Shown here in pieces: positions 60,082-64,000 of a stretch of 64,000 nucleotides of DNA. A program made the position numbers and the translations under genes. The notes under the pieces are model-generated. The model saw nothing but the letters and a program-made list of their open reading frames with translations, had not been told where the DNA came from and ran no database searches. Source of the stretch: Nymphaea colorata (lineage: Eukaryota); the NCBI RefSeq assembly GCF_008831285.2, contig NC_045138.2:40672001-40736000 (forward strand). The letters are read 5' to 3'. The first letter of the stretch is position 1; the number at the start of each line of letters is the position of its first letter.

Positions 60082-61835
60082 CTGAATCTGATCTTTTGTC
60101 GGTGCAATACTATGAAAAAGTGATAATCAATGTCCAAAAGTAAAATATCAGTAAAAAAACAGATACTAACCTCTGCTTTAAGCTGCTTCCTTGTGGCATT
60201 GAACCTCACGTATCCAAATTCGGAAATCCTCACCAAACTCCAGATTGGAGGCTATGTCAAGGAACACGTATAATATAATTAGAGCTCCAACTTTTATGGT
60301 TTTAGGTTAGTGAGAAACATTGATGATTTGCAATAACATTTACGTGATAAATAAACAGCAGGAACTTACATCGTCTGAGAAGTTACTGAGGGTGAACCCT
60401 GCCATTCCTATTATAGCATGAACAGGAGCAGTATAATTGGACTGATCATAGGTGTCAACTCCGTTGCTATCTTTGCTTGGCATGGCCACACAGACATCTT
60501 CATATAATGCACATGTTCTTTCATAGCTGTGGACATGGCCAAAGAGCACTAGATCAACCTGTCGCAAAGGGAGGGAGAGAGAGAGATGTCAGGAAGAAAC
60601 AAATATAAATCTAGAGCTAGCAAGCAAAAACAATAAAATGGGAGTACAAAAATAAATAATTACATGGTTCATGTCCAAGGCTGCATTAAATTTTCCTTCT
60701 TTATTTATTTTTGAAAATATTACAAAAAAGTGAGTGGTTTTTCTTTTTTTATTGCAATAATCCTAATACGACAATTAGGCTTGAATCGAGAGAAAAAAAA
60801 CATGCGCTTGGTTCATATCACATGCATAATGCACTGTAAATACCAGTAGCAGGCTTTTCAGAAATAAGGCTGTCAAGAAAAGCATTGTTAAAGCACTCTT
60901 TCACATTGACAAACTACAACACCGCGTGATCTGACCTGCACTTGTTTGGCTTGCTGATTAACTCTGGTTTCATCACATAAAGGGCCAACAACTCCCCACC
61001 ATGATAGTGGATTTGCAAAATAATTCCTCAATTTCCAGTTTGTAAATCAGTGGTGCTTTTGCTTGAAAATCATCTTGATGGGTAAAAAGCCTTCTTTTTT
61101 AGCTGTTAAATACTCATAAAGGGACCATTGTCATTCAAGGGCATTTTTTGATAACTAAAGTGCACACTTTCAGCTTTCACTGCCACAATTATTTGAAAAA
61201 ATGATAATTTAGAACCCAGCCTTCGATGGGAATCTTAACACAAGTTTTCACATTTTTCATATATATCCGGCTCCACTTCCAGCCTCACTCTTTTGTTAAC
61301 AGCTACGCGCTGAAGACCTAGTACGATCACTGAGGCTAAAAGTTCAGGGAAGTTCAATTAAATGGGACCAATCTTTCTTTTTTATTTTATAAAGGTCATA
61401 AATTTTCAATTTAAAACGAACCTGTGAACATTATAAAGTTTCACATGGAACAGAGTTAATAACTTACGAATTCAGGCCCTTTCTTTGTCATCGCAACGTA
61501 AGGCATATATGCGGATTTTGTTTGAGATTGTGGCTAAAATGTGAGCTCTCCAAAATGATAATTTCCTTTCCCTTTTCTTCTCTCATTTTCTTCCGGTTTT
61601 TCATTGGAACTGAAAAGCTAATTTGTTTTTGATAGTCAATGCGCTGCGGTGATCAACGTGGAGTAACTCTTACCTGGTACTGCATGAGAAGTGTCTCCAC
61701 AGCTGCAGTAAACAGATAATCAACACTAGGAATGACCGCAGGTGCAGCAGAAGAGTACATTGGCCTATGTCTGCACAATCAGTCTTCCAGTAAGGTCAGT
61801 GTGCTGTAATAATGGCCTCAGATACATACTAAGGT

Positions 61836-61873
<38 letters not shown>

Positions 61874-64000
61874 ACCAGTAACTCAGCTTCTTCCGTCCAT
61901 GGCCAGTGGATGCAGCCCTTATACACGGGTCCCACCATTTCTGGTCGGGTTGACCATGCCGTGAACACGGTATATTAATGATATGAACAATGGGGAAGAT
62001 GGCCCTGTGAGGCTCGAGGACCTCACAACTGGTAACCAGATCCCAGGCCCTATGACCGCATCATGGAATTATTAGTGTTACAGGGAGCTGATGCTGAAAC
62101 GGGATTGCCTAACAAATGGTCTGCTCATATCCCGCTATGCCGGCCCCTTGGGTCGAGTGGTATCAACAAGAAATGACAGTTCTTGTGATTCCTCGATGCA
62201 GGTCAGTCTTTGATGCATCTAGTGATCAGGAATCCAAGAGTCTCATGCCTTTGCCATAGCAGAATAAGTGCAATCACCATATTGACCATACTATTTTAAA
62301 AGGTTACCAACCCTGTAAGTATTAGCCATGGTGTCCTTGTCCGATTCACGGAAGCCAAGTCTTTTTTGATCCATTTATACTGCAAATATAAGTTCAGAAT
62401 TAGCAACAGAGAGCACGGGATCACTCAAAATACTAAGGAACCTTATATATTGAGTCGCTGGCTAAATGTATCTTCAGATCAGTTTGTCAAAGAAATAACC
62501 CAAGCATGAGCTTGGTGAGTTCATCAACAAGCTAACTATGAACACAGGTTGCTTGTCTATGTTTGTATGGTAAGTTGAAACAGCCCAACGTATCTCAAAT
62601 CTGTCCTCCTTATATTGAAACTTACAGAGGTTTTCTTCTTGATTACCTGATCACTGCCTTGAATCCAGCTATGCTCTGTGGAAATGACAGTGAAATGAAC
62701 CCCTGCTTGCTCAATTGAGTACCATGGTTCATCCTTTTTAGTCATTGGCATCTGGAAGTAAGTTTCATATGCAACTCCACACTCTCCCCCCGAGTCAGGA
62801 GTTATGTACACGGAGTTAGAGTTCACGTAGTCCCTACAGAACATGCCAAGCCAGAGTAGTGTATACATACATGGAAGCAGCCAAACTCAAATAAACCTAA
62901 TCGGAGCTAATTTAATGCAATGTTGTTATACTTCAAAATCATGCAAATCATGGACCTTGCAAATTGATATTGATCAATTAGCATTCCAGGTGTGAATCTT
63001 CTTACTTTTCATGGTTTCCAATTGCTGTCATGTATGGGACATGAGAGGCTATTGGCGTGATCAACTGCAGGAAGTAGTCCCATACTACTAGGAAACCAGT
63101 AGCATAGCTGATATCTCCAATGTGAAATACTGAGTCTACCCTTCCTGACGCAATTTCATCTGCTATGGTTGCCACTACTGAGAGAGACCCTGCCTGCCAT
63201 TATTGCAAATTTTGCCAATATTCAATCTAATCATAAAAAGGTTCAGAACTCTTTCTGTTTCTAAATAACAAATTGATTAGTTTTCAGTTAAGGGATAACG
63301 CCATGAACCCTGGTCATCATGAGTGTTAACTGTTACACATGTGGTAAGTTTTGATAGGAAAGAATGGGAAAGCACGCAGGCGATTGGATGGAGATGAAAA
63401 GACAACATATTGAAAACATGAAATTTCATTACCATCATCATCATTACTACAAATTAAAATTGAGAAGATGCACCTGCATATAGTGCTCAACAGAGAGATC
63501 CAGTGGAGCTCTTCCCATATCACCAAATGCAATGAATACAAGATCATGATTAGAACCTCCAGCAGGTGGAGTGTGGAATTCTGTCTCTGTGCTCCACCCA
63601 GCAGAGTTGCTAACAGGTTCATTTTAAGAGATAAAAAGCATTGTCAGTAGAAGAGCTTGTGGAAGCACCAAACGTTCTCAAAATTAAGACAACATCATAA
63701 TCATGGCACTGTTACAGACAGTAGTAGTAGCAATGTCAAATGGTAGCAGCAGCAAATAAAAATAACCCATGCGTTTGGAAGTTTGGTTATTATGATATCA
63801 GCACTCGAGTATTTGGGGGTTTAGTAGTTCATTTTACCTTCCATATCTATACGAGTAGCTGTGGAGCGGCTCCAGTCCTGTCATCACTGCTGAGTGAATA
63901 TAACCGGGATCGTGCCACCCAAAGCCCTTGGCTGGGCTCTGAAGATTACCACCTTGCAGTCACAACAAGCAGACAAGAATTAAGACACGTGCTCATATAG
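59952..64000 (-). CDS. Purple acid phosphatase / nucleotide pyrophosphatase-phosphodiesterase type (5' part outside the window)
   Basis: Exons encode SPAKGFGWHDPGYIH, FGDMG, FHIGDISYATGF, TAIGNHE, PDSGGECGVAYETYF, RTPWLILTG|HRPMY, DLVLFGHVHSYERTC, PVHAIIGMAGF, EFGYVR and FVNSST…KN* (59952). All five metal-ligand blocks appear intact. Confidence 0.93.

Overview
Flowering-plant nuclear DNA: spliced GT-AG genes, abundant (GA)n/(TA)n microsatellites and decayed transposons. Seven intact-looking protein genes can be reconstructed exon by exon: a DDT/PHD chromatin protein of the PTM-like family (-), an organellar (probably mitochondrial) ribosomal protein uL1 (-), the endonuclease MUS81 (-), a GASA/Snakin peptide (-), a PLS-class DYW PPR protein (+), a plastid-type NAD(P)-binding Rossmann-fold protein (-), and a 5'-truncated purple acid phosphatase (-). 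The left end holds a degenerate Ty1/copia retrotransposon whose LTR end (…TCTTAACA, 2628) directly abuts the last codons of exon 1 of a mitochondrial acyl carrier protein gene. That gene therefore appears to have been knocked out by the insertion, and its remaining exon has a DSL->ESL change at the phosphopantetheine site. This is the best-supported unusual observation. Weaker candidates are a spliced non-coding transcript at 4.5-6.0 kb, a possible poison exon in MUS81, a GC-AG intron, a non-canonical DYW domain, MITE/LINE/copia remnants and a weak miR482/2118-like site. I found no convincing evidence of a wholly new biological system. All family assignments come from remembered motifs, not database searches.
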